A stretch of DNA of 64,000 nucleotides from a virus. Of this stretch, positions 47,501 through 57,191 are shown in pieces. The notes under the pieces are model-generated. The model did no database searches. It saw nothing but the letters and a program-made list of their open reading frames with translations, and was not told the DNA's origin. The stretch covers positions 32,001 through 96,000 of the IMG/VR virus record IMGVR_UViG_3300042460_000724, one strand, 5' to 3'. Both the position numbers and the translations under genes were made by a program. Position 1 is the stretch's first letter. Every line of letters starts with the position of its first letter.

Positions 47501-48736
47501 TGTTGTTGCAGTAACACCGGTTACACCTAAATTACCTAGATTAGCGTTACCAGTAACATTTAATGTACCGGCAACATTAACACCGGTACCGGTAATTACC
47601 ATATTTGTATTACCAACAGCAGTAAAATTAATATTACCATTAGAGCTTGGTATATTTATATTACTATTGCCGTTTGATAATCCAGCAGTTGTTATTCCTG
47701 TTAAATATACACCATTACCGGTAAAAAAGTTAGCTGATACATTATTACCCAAGTTAGCATTACCCGCAGTGATATTACCACTAGCAATAAATGTATTAGC
47801 TGAGATAACATTAGCATTGCCAATATTACCGCCTGAACCAGATGTAACAATATTGCCAACTGTAGCATTACCTGTTACTGTTAAACTACTTAATGTGCCG
47901 ACTGATGTAATATTTGGCTGTGCATTTGTATATACTGTCCCGGATATTAATGCATTACCTACTTGACCAGAAACATTAGCACCAGCGACTGCATTTGCAG
48001 TAGTTGCATATGTTGCTAGATTAGCTGTTCCGTAGAAATTACCAATGAAGTAGTTAGCGGTTACTGCATTGCCAAGATTAGCATTGCTAGCTGTAATATT
48101 ACCACTAGCAGTAAATGTATTAGCGGAAACAACATTTACATTACTGATGTTACCACCACTACCTGTAGTTGATAAATTAGCTACAGTGGTATTACCACTT
48201 ACATTTAATGTGCCGGCTACGTTAACACCTGTACCAGTTACGACTACAATATTAGAATTACCCACAGCACTCATTGTAATATTGCCATTTGCAGTAGCAA
48301 TACTTACATTACTATTGCCATTGCTAATATTACTTGTAGAACCTGAACTTACGGTAGACCAACTTAATATACCTGCACCATCGGTTTGTAGATATTGACC
48401 ATTAGATCCACCTGTAATATGTACATTTGCAACTGGGCCTAATGCTACATTACTTGCCCCGGTTAAATCAGCAGTACCAGTTGAAGTCAAACCAGTTAGA
48501 GTACCTACACTTGTAATATTTGGTTGTGCATTTGTATATACAGTACCTGAAATTAGAGCATTAGCTACTTGGCCAGATACGTTACTACCCTGAATATTAC
48601 TTAAATTATTACCTGAACCAATAAAGAAATTTGCAGTTGCCGCGTTACCCAAATTAGCATTATCTGTGAAAATATTGGCAAAGGTGTAGTTAGCGGTTGC
48701 ATCTAAATTAAACGGTTGTAACTTTGTAATTGCCAT
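44531..48736 (-). CDS. Long Asn/Gly/Thr-rich fibre shaft
   Basis: Repeats 'NAQPNITS.GTL', 'GNANLGN', 'YLQTDG.G.LSW', 'DAATKQYVD'; ends GGGGG-ITAQDLLSPFLLMGA. Confidence 0.8.
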   Translation of the reverse strand: MAITKLQPFNLDATANYTFANIFTDNANLGNAATANFFIGSGNNLSNIQGSNVSGQVANALISGTVYTNAQPNITSVGTLTGLTSTGTADLTGASNVALGPVANVHITGGSNGQYLQTDGAGILSWSTVSSGSTSNISNGNSNVSIATANGNITMSAVGNSNIVVVTGTGVNVAGTLNVSGNTTVANLSTTGSGGNISNVNVVSANTFTASGNITASNANLGNAVTANYFIGNFYGTANLATYATTANAVAGANVSGQVGNALISGTVYTNAQPNITSVGTLSSLTVTGNATVGNIVTSGSGGNIGNANVISANTFIASGNITAGNANLGNNVSANFFTGNGVYLTGITTAGLSNGNSNINIPSSNGNINFTAVGNTNMVITGTGVNVAGTLNVTGNANLGNLGVTGVTATTLSGSLTTASQPNITSTGTLTSITVSGSGSFGANVNMNSFNITNLATPVASTDAATKQYVDDVAQGLNVHDSVAAATPDTLATITGGTITYNNGSSGVGATLTTTGIFNLIDGVNVQTSGTRILVKNEANAVFNGIYTWSNVTAITRAADYNSVPEVEAGDFVFCIGGTLYDNTGWVQTSTISAIGTPGNNIEFTQFSGAGTYQAGTGLTLTGTTFSVNASQTQITSLGTLTGLSVNGNITAANVTANTGVFTGNGSGLNAIAGANVTGAVSYATTANSVAAANITGTITATTAGTVTTNAQPNITSTGTLTSLSVTGNITSGNANLGNTVTANFFTGNGIYLTGITSSGVANGNSNISIPSANGNINFSAIGNANILVVTGTGVNVAGTLNVTGNTTVGNLITSGSGGNVSNVNVISANTFIASGNITAGNANLGNAVTANFFIGSGNNLSNIQGANVSGQVANALISGTVYTNAQPNITSTGTLTSLAVTGNITAGNANLGNLATANFFSGNGSLLTGIIVSAGNTIVNGNSNVTVTANGNVNTSVAGNANILVVTGTGANIAGTLNVSGNTTVANLSTTGSGGNISNVNVVSANTFTASGNITSGNANLGNAVTANFFVGTLYGTANLATFASTANSVAGGNVSGQVANALVAGTVYTNAQPNITSTGTLTSLAVTGNITSGNANLGNAVTANFFIGTLYGTANLATFASTANSVAGANVSGQVANALISGTVYTNAQPNITSVGSLTGLTISNATGIVDFTTTANVTLGAVGNLHISGGTNAYVLSTDGSGNLSWVAQTGGGGGGSSISNGNSNVNIPTANGNINFTAVGNTNMVITGTGVNVAGTLNTTGNVALSGANVSLGNVSNLHITGGSNTYVLSTDGAGNLNWVIGSSTSIGVDNFTGNGVQTSFTLSTTPANINCTLVSLAGLFQPRTVYSLTGNIITFSSAPANTAPIEVTTFTSSNGGGGGGITAQDLLSPFLLMGA

Positions 48737-48767
48737 GTAGTAAATCTCTTAATATAATCTATCTATG

Positions 48768-48773
48768 TATTTA
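48768..48773 (-). promoter_or_regulatory. Late promoter-like TAAATA
   Basis: In the only gap upstream of the 1401-aa shaft. Confidence 0.5.
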
Positions 48774-48794
48774 ATCCAATTTAATCTATAAAGT

Positions 48795-49148
48795 TTATGC
48801 TGTTATTTCAATCCAAGCAGTAGTATCTTCATCCCAACTATAGATTTTATCATCAGTTGGCATTGGTGTAGGCGCTTCATACAAACAACTAGTTTCATTT
48901 AATACCCAACTGTTAAAGGGTTTAGGTGGTATAAATGCATCTCTAGTACTATCATATGTATAGCCTATACCTGCATAATTTTTACGTAATGGTGTACCAC
49001 CTAATAAGTGTACACCACCCGATGTGTTATAGCTTGTTTGAATCCAGCTATTTGGATCACCGAATAGACCAGTATCTACTACATCTTGTTCTATTACGAT
49101 TACCTGTGTTACGATGTTATTTTCATCTATTTGTGCAAAATGACTCAT
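48795..49148 (-). CDS. Fibre-associated hypothetical protein
   Basis: 'MSHFAQID...WIQTSYN...LRKNYAGIGYTYD..RDAFIPPKP'; directly after the glycine-rich genes. Confidence 0.65.
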   Translation of the reverse strand: MSHFAQIDENNIVTQVIVIEQDVVDTGLFGDPNSWIQTSYNTSGGVHLLGGTPLRKNYAGIGYTYDSTRDAFIPPKPFNSWVLNETSCLYEAPTPMPTDDKIYSWDEDTTAWIEITA

Positions 49149-49165
49149 TGTTTATTTTCCTTTAA

Positions 49166-50068
49166 TTAAAATGTTATTGAACCTGAACTGGTCCATTGAT
49201 ATACTCTATATCCACCTGCAGTTGTTATTGTTGGGCTACCAGTTGTTGTTGTTGCGGCTGCAAATGTGTCTGCATAGCGAATGATTACGATGCCGGAACC
49301 ACCAGCTGATCCGTTAGCCGATGATCTACCATTACCTCCACCGCCACCACCGGTATTTGCAGTGCCGGCTGTAGTGCCACCGTTCTCTCCTCCACCGGTT
49401 CCACCTCCACCGGTTCCACCTGCTGCACCAATATTGTTTCCGCTACCTCCACCACCACCTGCATAGTAAGTACTTGTACCACTAATTGAACTAGCTAAAC
49501 CAATACCACCGGCTCCACCATTAACACTAGTAGGTGCGGCTGTACCTACAGCACCTGCACCGCCACCACCTCCTCCGGCGTCTGCACCATTAGCTAACCA
49601 ACCATTACCGCCGTTATTACCTTGACTAGGGCTTGTTGAAGGTGTGTTACCTAAACCACCTGTTGCGCCTGAATTTCTTTGTGCGCCACCGCCACCAGAA
49701 CCACCATTACCACCAGGACTTCCGTATTCAGTGCTACTATTTGCAGAAGAACCATAACCTCCACCTGCTGAGGTAATAGATGAAAACACAGAAGGGTTTC
49801 CGTTGTTTCCACCAGCAGAATATGTAGATGTAGAACCTGCGCCACCTGCACCCACTGTTACAGTTATTGCGGAACCTGAAGAAACAGCAAAATCAACAGC
49901 AGTTCTATAACCACCGGCACCTCCGCCACCTCCGCCACCGCCTCCCTTACCGCCGCCGCCGCCGCCAGCAACTACTAGATATTCAACAGTAGGTGTAATT
50001 GACGGGCCATCACTACCAAGTATATTCCATCCACCTGTTATTGTTACGCCTGAAAAAGTTATTGCCAT
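49166..50068 (-). CDS. Glycine-rich adhesin-like protein (polyglycine II, gp38-like architecture)
   Basis: 'VEYLVVAGGGGGG...GGGGAGGYRT...YYAGGGGG...GGSGIVIIRY'. Confidence 0.7.
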   Translation of the reverse strand: MAITFSGVTITGGWNILGSDGPSITPTVEYLVVAGGGGGGKGGGGGGGGGAGGYRTAVDFAVSSGSAITVTVGAGGAGSTSTYSAGGNNGNPSVFSSITSAGGGYGSSANSSTEYGSPGGNGGSGGGGAQRNSGATGGLGNTPSTSPSQGNNGGNGWLANGADAGGGGGGAGAVGTAAPTSVNGGAGGIGLASSISGTSTYYAGGGGGSGNNIGAAGGTGGGGTGGGENGGTTAGTANTGGGGGGNGRSSANGSAGGSGIVIIRYADTFAAATTTTGSPTITTAGGYRVYQWTSSGSITF

Positions 50069-50076
50069 TTTATACC

Positions 50077-50988
50077 TTAAAACGTTATCGACCCACTACT
50101 AGTCCATTTATACACTCTATATCCACCTGATACAGTTATTGTTGGGCTACCGGTTGTACTTACGGCGGGGTCAAATGTATCTGCATAACGAATAATTACA
50201 ATACCGGAGCCACCTCCGCCCCCATCTACTGTACTACCACCTCCGCCACCACCGCCGCCGGTATTTGGTGTACCTGCAACGGCTGATGCTCCTTGATAAG
50301 TGCCGCCGGCGCCACCGCCACCATTTCCGCCTGAGGATACGACCCCGTCTTTACCACCGCCGCCACCACCTGCATAGTATGTTGATGTTCCTGAAATACT
50401 TGATGCTAAACCTACGGCGCCAGGGGATGCAACTTGTGAACCCGCTGTAGTGCCGGCGGCTCCGGCGCCGCCACCGGATGATCCATAAGTAGTACCACCG
50501 CTACCACCACCATTATTACCTTGTCCTGCTGTACCTGTACCACCTGAATAACCTGCATAAGAAGATCCGCCACCACTTCCGCCGTTATTACCATTACTAC
50601 TAGCACTTCTGGATGCTCCCCCGCCTCCACCGACTGAAGTTATTGTCCCGAAAACAGAATTAGAACCATTGCCGGAATTAACCGAAATACTTCCAGATGA
50701 TGTTCCACCTGCACCCACTGTTACAGTAATAGGCGAACCAGAAGTAACTGAAAGACCGGTAGCTGTTCTATAACCACCTGCGCCACCGCCACCGCCATAG
50801 TAGCCGTAGCCGCCGGCGCCGCCACCTGCAACTACTAGATATTCTACCGCCGAGGTTTTAGAAGTAGGCCAATTACCAGATTGCGTAGCTTGCATCTGTT
50901 GACTTGTATTAAAAAATCCAGATGCTGAGATAGCATTAGTAACAACTTGGGTAGCAGATATTACACCACCATAATATCTTTTAACCAT
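50077..50988 (-). CDS. Glycine-rich adhesin-like protein, paralog of 49166..50068
   Basis: Same scaffold motifs; different N-terminus and loops. Confidence 0.7.
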   Translation of the reverse strand: MVKRYYGGVISATQVVTNAISASGFFNTSQQMQATQSGNWPTSKTSAVEYLVVAGGGAGGYGYYGGGGGAGGYRTATGLSVTSGSPITVTVGAGGTSSGSISVNSGNGSNSVFGTITSVGGGGGASRSASSNGNNGGSGGGSSYAGYSGGTGTAGQGNNGGGSGGTTYGSSGGGAGAAGTTAGSQVASPGAVGLASSISGTSTYYAGGGGGGKDGVVSSGGNGGGGAGGTYQGASAVAGTPNTGGGGGGGGSTVDGGGGGSGIVIIRYADTFDPAVSTTGSPTITVSGGYRVYKWTSSGSITF

Positions 50989-50989
50989 T

Positions 50990-51361
50990 TTAGCTTATAT
51001 CCTCATAACTGCAAGTAACACATAATGTATTAGCTGTACCAGCTGTGGCTCCTAAACTACTGTTTTCTTCTAAGTAATATTGACTTGTTTTGTCAATTAC
51101 GTTTAATGTACTATTACCAGGAACATTTACATTACCAACTAATTGAAATAGTGTTCCACCAACGTTGGCAGCATTATAATAACCTATTGTTACGTTTGCG
51201 GTTGAGCTACCATAGTTTGCTACGTTTAATACATTTACTTTTAAGCATTTACCACTACCACTAGCATTGTTTAATACTGTGGTTGCACTCGTACTTGTTA
51301 GGTTTGCACCCGTTGTTTTACCATTGATTGTTGTTGCACTGATTATGTTTGGTGCTGCCAT
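50990..51361 (-). CDS. Small all-beta adaptor protein
   Basis: 'MAAPNIISATTINGKT...VANY...YYLEE...SYEDIS'; between shaft and glycine-rich genes. Confidence 0.6.
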   Translation of the reverse strand: MAAPNIISATTINGKTTGANLTSTSATTVLNNASGSGKCLKVNVLNVANYGSSTANVTIGYYNAANVGGTLFQLVGNVNVPGNSTLNVIDKTSQYYLEENSSLGATAGTANTLCVTCSYEDIS

Positions 51362-51362
51362 G

Positions 51363-54300
51363 TTATCCTCCGAATATTAATGAATAGCCTACTGCGGCCG
51401 CTGCTGATGCTCCACCACCTCCACCTGCAGTTAGATTGATTGTTGTTACTTCTATATAACTACCATTTGCAGGAGCACTACTGAATGTTATATTAGCGTT
51501 AGCTAATGTGTAATCTGTTCGTAATACTGTTGCACCGTTATAGTTAACACTAGTTTGATTTATGCTTGTTGGTGTCGTACTTAAAGTAAATATTGTTTGT
51601 ACACCATTACCAGTAAAGTTATCTACTGTTACGTTTGCTCCGGCCGGCGGTGCTGTCCAACTTAAGTTTCCTGAACCGTCAGTACTTAATACATATGTGT
51701 TTGAGCCACCAGTAATCTTAACGTTACCTACTGCTCCTAAATTAGTTTGTCCAGTAACGTTTAATGTACCTGCTACATTTACTCCGGTACCGGTAACAGT
51801 TACAATATTAGCATTACCTACAGCACTCATTGTAATGTTGCCATTAGCGGTTGCAATACTTATGTTGCTGTTGCCGTTACTTATACTATTTGACGAACCA
51901 CCTGCTACATTAGACCAAGTTAATGTACCTGATCCATCTGTTTGTAGATATTGACCATTAGAACCACCTGTAATTTTTACATTGCTAACTGGGCCCAATG
52001 AAACATTGCTAGCACCTATTAAGTTAGCAGTACCTGTACTTGTTATACCAGTAAGTGTACCAACACTTGTAATGTTAGGTTGAGCCGCAGTATAAACAGT
52101 ACCTGACACTAGTGCATTAGCTACTTGACCCGAGACATTGCCGCCTGCTACACTGTTAGCAGTTGTAGCATATGTAGCTAAGTTGGCTGTTCCATATAAG
52201 TTACCAATAAAGAAATTAGCTGTTACTGCATTACCTAAGTTAGCATTACCTGCAGTGATAGTACCACTTGCAGTAAATGTATTAGCTGATATAACATTAC
52301 CACCTGTAATATTACCACCTGTGCCTGCGCCAGCAGTGATATTACCCGCAGTTAGATTACCAGTAGTATTTAATGTACCTGCTACATTAACACCTGTTCC
52401 AGTAATGACCATTGTGGTATTACCAACCGCAGTAAAATTAATATTACCATTACTAGTTGGAATATTTACATTACTATTTCCATTACTAATACTACTTCCA
52501 CCACCACCTGACTGTGCTACCCAAGAGAGATTACCTGAACCGTCAGTACTTAATACATATGCATTACTACCGCCAGTGATACGTACATTACCTACTGCAC
52601 CAAGTGTTGTATTACTTGTATTAGCAAAGTTTACTATTCCATTACTTGTTAGTCCAGTTAATGTTCCAACTGATGTAATATTTGGTTGTGCCGCAGTTGT
52701 TACTGTGCCTGCAGTTGTAGCTGAATTAGCTGTACCATAGAAGTTACCAATGAAGTAATTAGCAGTTACACTATTGCCTAAATTTGCATTAGCGGCTGTT
52801 ATGTTACCGGACGCAGTAAATGTATTAGCCGATATGACATTACCACCTGTAATATTTCCACCACTACCAGATCCAGCAATGATATTACCCGCAGTTAGAT
52901 TACCGGTTACATTTGCAGTACCTGTAATGTTTGCACCAGTACCTGTGATTACTAATATATTTGCATTACCCGCTACACTAGTTATTACATTACCATTTGC
53001 TAGTACTACTACATTGCTATTTCCACTTACAATTGTATTACCTGCGCTTACTGTAATACCAGTTAGTAAACTGCCGTTACCACTAAAGAAATTAGCTGTA
53101 ACCAAATTACCTAAATTAGCATTACCGGATGTGATATTACCCGTAACAGCTAAACTTGTTAATGTACCAACTGACGTAATGTTTGGTTGAGCATTTGTAT
53201 ATACTGTGCCGGCTACTAATGCGTTAGCTACCTGTCCAGAAACATTACCACCTGCTACTGCATTTGCAGTTGTTGCATATGTAGCTAAGTTAGCTGTTCC
53301 GTAGAAATTACCAATGAAGTAGTTAGCGGTTACTGCATTGCCAAGATTAGCATTGCTAGCTGTAATATTACCACTAGCAATAAAAGTATTTGCCGAGATA
53401 ACATTAGCATTACCAATATTACCACCTGAGCCAGTAGTATTAATATTGCCGGCTGTAATATTGCCACTAGCGATGAATGTGTTTGCGCTGATAACATTGA
53501 CGTTACTGACGTTACCACCAGAACCAGCTGTAATTAAATTACCAACAGTTGCATTTCCGGTTACATTCAATGTACCGGCAACATTAACACCTGTACCGGT
53601 AATTACCATATTTGTATTACCAACAGCAGTAAAATTGATATTGCCGTTTGCAGATGGTATATTTACATTACTATTTCCATTACTTATGTTACTTGCGGCA
53701 CCTGAACTAACAGTAGACCAAGTTAATGTACCAGAGCCATCTGTTTGTAGATATTGACCATTAGAACCACCTGTGATTTTTACATTACCAACCGGGCCCA
53801 AAGATACATTACTGGCACCTATTAAGTTAGCAGTACCTGTACTTGTTATACCTGTTAGTGTACCAACACTTGTTATATTTGGTTGAGCCGCAGTATAAAC
53901 TGTACCTGACACTAATGCGTTAGCTACTTGACCAGAAACGTTGCCAGCTGGTAAACTTGTTAAGTTAGCTCCACTACCTATAAAAAAGTTAGCAGTAACA
54001 CTGTTGCCTAAGTTAGCGTTACCGGCAGTAATATTACCACTAGCAATAAATGTGTTTGCACTAATAACATTAGCATTACCAATGTTACCACCACTACCAG
54101 TAGTATTAATATTACCGGCGGTGATATTGCCACTAGCAATAAAGGTATTGGCTGAAATGACATTAACATTGCTGACATTACCACCTGATCCAGATGTAAC
54201 AATATTACCAACTGTAGCATTTCCAGTGACATTTAATGTACCAGATATGTTAGCTCCGGTTCCAGTAACTACTAGAATATTAGCATTGCCTACAGCACTG

Positions 54301-57158
54301 ATATTAATATTGCCGTTTGCAGATGGTATATTTACATTACTATTTCCGTTACTGATGTTACTTGACGATCCACTTGCTACATTTGCCCAACTTAATACAC
54401 CTGAGCCATTTGTTTGTAGATATTGACCATTTGTTCCACCAGTAATTGTTACATTACCTACAGGACCTAAGTTAGATGTACCAGATACAGTTACACTAGT
54501 TAATGTACCGACTGATGTAATATTAGGTTGCGCTGCCGTATAGACAGTACCTGCTACTAATGCATTGGCTACTTGACCAGATACATTAGCACCTGCTACC
54601 GCATTAGCTGTTGTAGCATATGTAGCTAAGTTAGCTGTTCCATAGAGATTACCAATGAAGTAATTAGCAGTTACCGCATTACCCAAATTAGCGTTACCCG
54701 CAGTGATATTACCACTAGCAATAAATGTATTAGCTGAGATAACATTAGCATTGCCAATATTACCACCTGAGCCAGTAGTATTAATATTGCCGGCGGTGAT
54801 ATTACCACTAGCAATGAATGTGTTTGCACTAATAACATTGACGTTAGATATATTACCACCGCTACCAGATGTAACGATATTACCAACAGTAGCATTTCCT
54901 GTAACGTTTAATGTGCCTGCGACATTAACACCTGTACCAGTTACAATCACAATGTTTGCATTACCGGCTACACTAGTTGTTACATTACCGTTTGCGGCTA
55001 CTAATACATTACTATTTCCGTTTGTAATTGTATTACCTGCGCTTACTGTAATACCAGTTAATAGACTACCATTACCAGTAAAGAAATTAGCTGTAACTAA
55101 GTTTCCTAAGTTAGCATTACCTGAACTTATATTACCAGTAACTGCTAAACTAGTTAGTGTTCCAACACTTGTTATATTGGGTTGTGCCGCCGTATATACT
55201 GTACCTGAGATTAATGCATTGCCCACTTGTCCTGTAACATTAGCACCTGCAATTGAACTTAATCCAGATCCGTTACCCGTGAATACCCCTGTATTAGCAG
55301 TTATATTGGCAGCTGTTATGTCTCCATTCACCGCTAAACCAGTTAATGTACCAACACTTGTAACTTGTGTTTGACTTGCGTTAACGCTAAAAGTACTACC
55401 AGTTAATGTTAATCCTGTACCTGCTTGGTATGTACCAGCTCCACTAAATTGAGTGAACTCAATGTTATTACCAGGAGTACCAATGGCAGTTACTGTACTT
55501 GTTTGTACCCATCCGGTGTTGTCATACAATGTACCACTGGTTACGAATATAAAATCACCTGCTTCTACTTCTGGTACACTGTTATAGTCTGTTGCACGTG
55601 TAATAACAGTAGCGTTACTCCAAGTATAGATACCATTTAATACTGCATTTGCTTCATTTTTAACTAAGATGCGAGTACCTGATGTTTGTACATTTACACC
55701 ATCAATTAAGTTGAATGTCCCAGTAGTAGTTAGATTTGCACCTACCCCACTAGAGCCGTTATTGTATGTTATTGTACCAGTAGTAACGTTAGCTAATGTA
55801 TCTGGTGTTGCGGCGGCGGCTGCATCGTGTACGTTTAGTCCTTGAGCAACATCATCAACATATTGTTTTGTTGCGGCATCTGTGCTTGCAACAGGTGTTG
55901 CTAAATTTGTAATATTAAAGCTGTTTAAATTAACATTAGCACCAAATGAACCTGATCCTGATACTGTTATACCTGTTAGTGTACCAACACTAGTTATATT
56001 TGGTTGTGCCGCAGTTGTTAACGAACCCGTTACCGCAGTAAATACTCCAGTAGTTGCACCAATGTTACCTGCATTAGCGTTACCGGTAACATTTAGTGTA
56101 CCGGCGGTTATATTACCGCTAGCAGTAAATGTATTAGCTGAAACAACATTTACATTGCTGATGTTACCACCACTACCCGTAGTTGATAAATTAGCTACCG
56201 TAGTGTTACCAATTACATTTAATGTACCGGCTACGTTAACCCCTGTACCAGTTACAACTAAAATATTTGCATTACCTGCAACACTAGTAGTTACATTTCC
56301 GTTAGCAGATACAAGTACGTTGCTATTTCCATTTACAATTGAATTACCAGCACTTACTGTAATACCTGTTAATAAACTACCATTACCACTAAAGAAATTT
56401 GCAGTAACTAAATTGCCTAGATTAGCATTACCTGCATTTACGTTACCGGAAATATTAGCTGTTGTTGCAAAAACTGTGCTATTTGCAATGACGTTACTAG
56501 CAACGATGTTACCAGTATCACTGATAGAGGCTTTGTCACCACCAGTAGTGAAGAAATTAATGTATCCTGCAGGACCAGCAGACATATAGACGCCTGTGCC
56601 ACCGTTTACAATAATAGGTGCGTTAACGTTCCCACTAGTTGTTAAGTTACCCCCAGTAACGTTACCAGTTACTGTCAATGAAGTTAATGTACCAACACTA
56701 GTAATATTTGGCTGTGCGTTAGTTGTTAGTGTACCTGTAAAGTAATTAGCAGTAACTAGATTACCTAGATTAGCATTACCTGCAGTTAAGTTACCGGATA
56801 TGTTTGCTGTACCGGATATATTTGCACCGGTACCTGTAATCACCATTATAGTGTTACCTGTAGCAGTAAGATTAATATTACCATTACTACTTGGAATGTT
56901 TACATTGCTGTTGCCGTTGCTAATACTACTAGTAGAACCGGTAGTTACAGTAGACCAAGTTAATACACCGGATCCATCTGTTTGCAGATATTGACCATTA
57001 GCACCGCCACCAATATAGATATTACCAACAGCACCTAAATTACTTGAAGTTGTTATAGTAAGGTTGGCAACAGACAGATTGGCAGAAACGTTCATACCGT
57101 TAACTGTGTAGTTACCAGATGTATCTATTCCTGATGGTTTAATTACTGTCAATGCCAT
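51363..57158 (-). CDS. Long Asn/Gly/Thr-rich fibre shaft
   Basis: Same repeat vocabulary as 44531..48736; ends GGGG-ASAAAAVGYSLIFGG. Confidence 0.8.
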   Translation of the reverse strand: MALTVIKPSGIDTSGNYTVNGMNVSANLSVANLTITTSSNLGAVGNIYIGGGANGQYLQTDGSGVLTWSTVTTGSTSSISNGNSNVNIPSSNGNINLTATGNTIMVITGTGANISGTANISGNLTAGNANLGNLVTANYFTGTLTTNAQPNITSVGTLTSLTVTGNVTGGNLTTSGNVNAPIIVNGGTGVYMSAGPAGYINFFTTGGDKASISDTGNIVASNVIANSTVFATTANISGNVNAGNANLGNLVTANFFSGNGSLLTGITVSAGNSIVNGNSNVLVSANGNVTTSVAGNANILVVTGTGVNVAGTLNVIGNTTVANLSTTGSGGNISNVNVVSANTFTASGNITAGTLNVTGNANAGNIGATTGVFTAVTGSLTTAAQPNITSVGTLTGITVSGSGSFGANVNLNSFNITNLATPVASTDAATKQYVDDVAQGLNVHDAAAAATPDTLANVTTGTITYNNGSSGVGANLTTTGTFNLIDGVNVQTSGTRILVKNEANAVLNGIYTWSNATVITRATDYNSVPEVEAGDFIFVTSGTLYDNTGWVQTSTVTAIGTPGNNIEFTQFSGAGTYQAGTGLTLTGSTFSVNASQTQVTSVGTLTGLAVNGDITAANITANTGVFTGNGSGLSSIAGANVTGQVGNALISGTVYTAAQPNITSVGTLTSLAVTGNISSGNANLGNLVTANFFTGNGSLLTGITVSAGNTITNGNSNVLVAANGNVTTSVAGNANIVIVTGTGVNVAGTLNVTGNATVGNIVTSGSGGNISNVNVISANTFIASGNITAGNINTTGSGGNIGNANVISANTFIASGNITAGNANLGNAVTANYFIGNLYGTANLATYATTANAVAGANVSGQVANALVAGTVYTAAQPNITSVGTLTSVTVSGTSNLGPVGNVTITGGTNGQYLQTNGSGVLSWANVASGSSSNISNGNSNVNIPSANGNINISAVGNANILVVTGTGANISGTLNVTGNATVGNIVTSGSGGNVSNVNVISANTFIASGNITAGNINTTGSGGNIGNANVISANTFIASGNITAGNANLGNSVTANFFIGSGANLTSLPAGNVSGQVANALVSGTVYTAAQPNITSVGTLTGITSTGTANLIGASNVSLGPVGNVKITGGSNGQYLQTDGSGTLTWSTVSSGAASNISNGNSNVNIPSANGNINFTAVGNTNMVITGTGVNVAGTLNVTGNATVGNLITAGSGGNVSNVNVISANTFIASGNITAGNINTTGSGGNIGNANVISANTFIASGNITASNANLGNAVTANYFIGNFYGTANLATYATTANAVAGGNVSGQVANALVAGTVYTNAQPNITSVGTLTSLAVTGNITSGNANLGNLVTANFFSGNGSLLTGITVSAGNTIVSGNSNVVVLANGNVITSVAGNANILVITGTGANITGTANVTGNLTAGNIIAGSGSGGNITGGNVISANTFTASGNITAANANLGNSVTANYFIGNFYGTANSATTAGTVTTAAQPNITSVGTLTGLTSNGIVNFANTSNTTLGAVGNVRITGGSNAYVLSTDGSGNLSWVAQSGGGGSSISNGNSNVNIPTSNGNINFTAVGNTTMVITGTGVNVAGTLNTTGNLTAGNITAGAGTGGNITGGNVISANTFTASGTITAGNANLGNAVTANFFIGNLYGTANLATYATTANSVAGGNVSGQVANALVSGTVYTAAQPNITSVGTLTGITSTGTANLIGASNVSLGPVSNVKITGGSNGQYLQTDGSGTLTWSNVAGGSSNSISNGNSNISIATANGNITMSAVGNANIVTVTGTGVNVAGTLNVTGQTNLGAVGNVKITGGSNTYVLSTDGSGNLSWTAPPAGANVTVDNFTGNGVQTIFTLSTTPTSINQTSVNYNGATVLRTDYTLANANITFSSAPANGSYIEVTTINLTAGGGGGASAAAAVGYSLIFGG

Positions 57159-57178
57159 TATATCTTATCCTTATTATG

Positions 57179-57184
57179 TATTTA
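57179..57184 (-). promoter_or_regulatory. Late promoter-like TAAATA
   Basis: CTAAATAC then AAGGA RBS before ATG 57158. Confidence 0.55.
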
Positions 57185-57191
57185 GTTGTTA

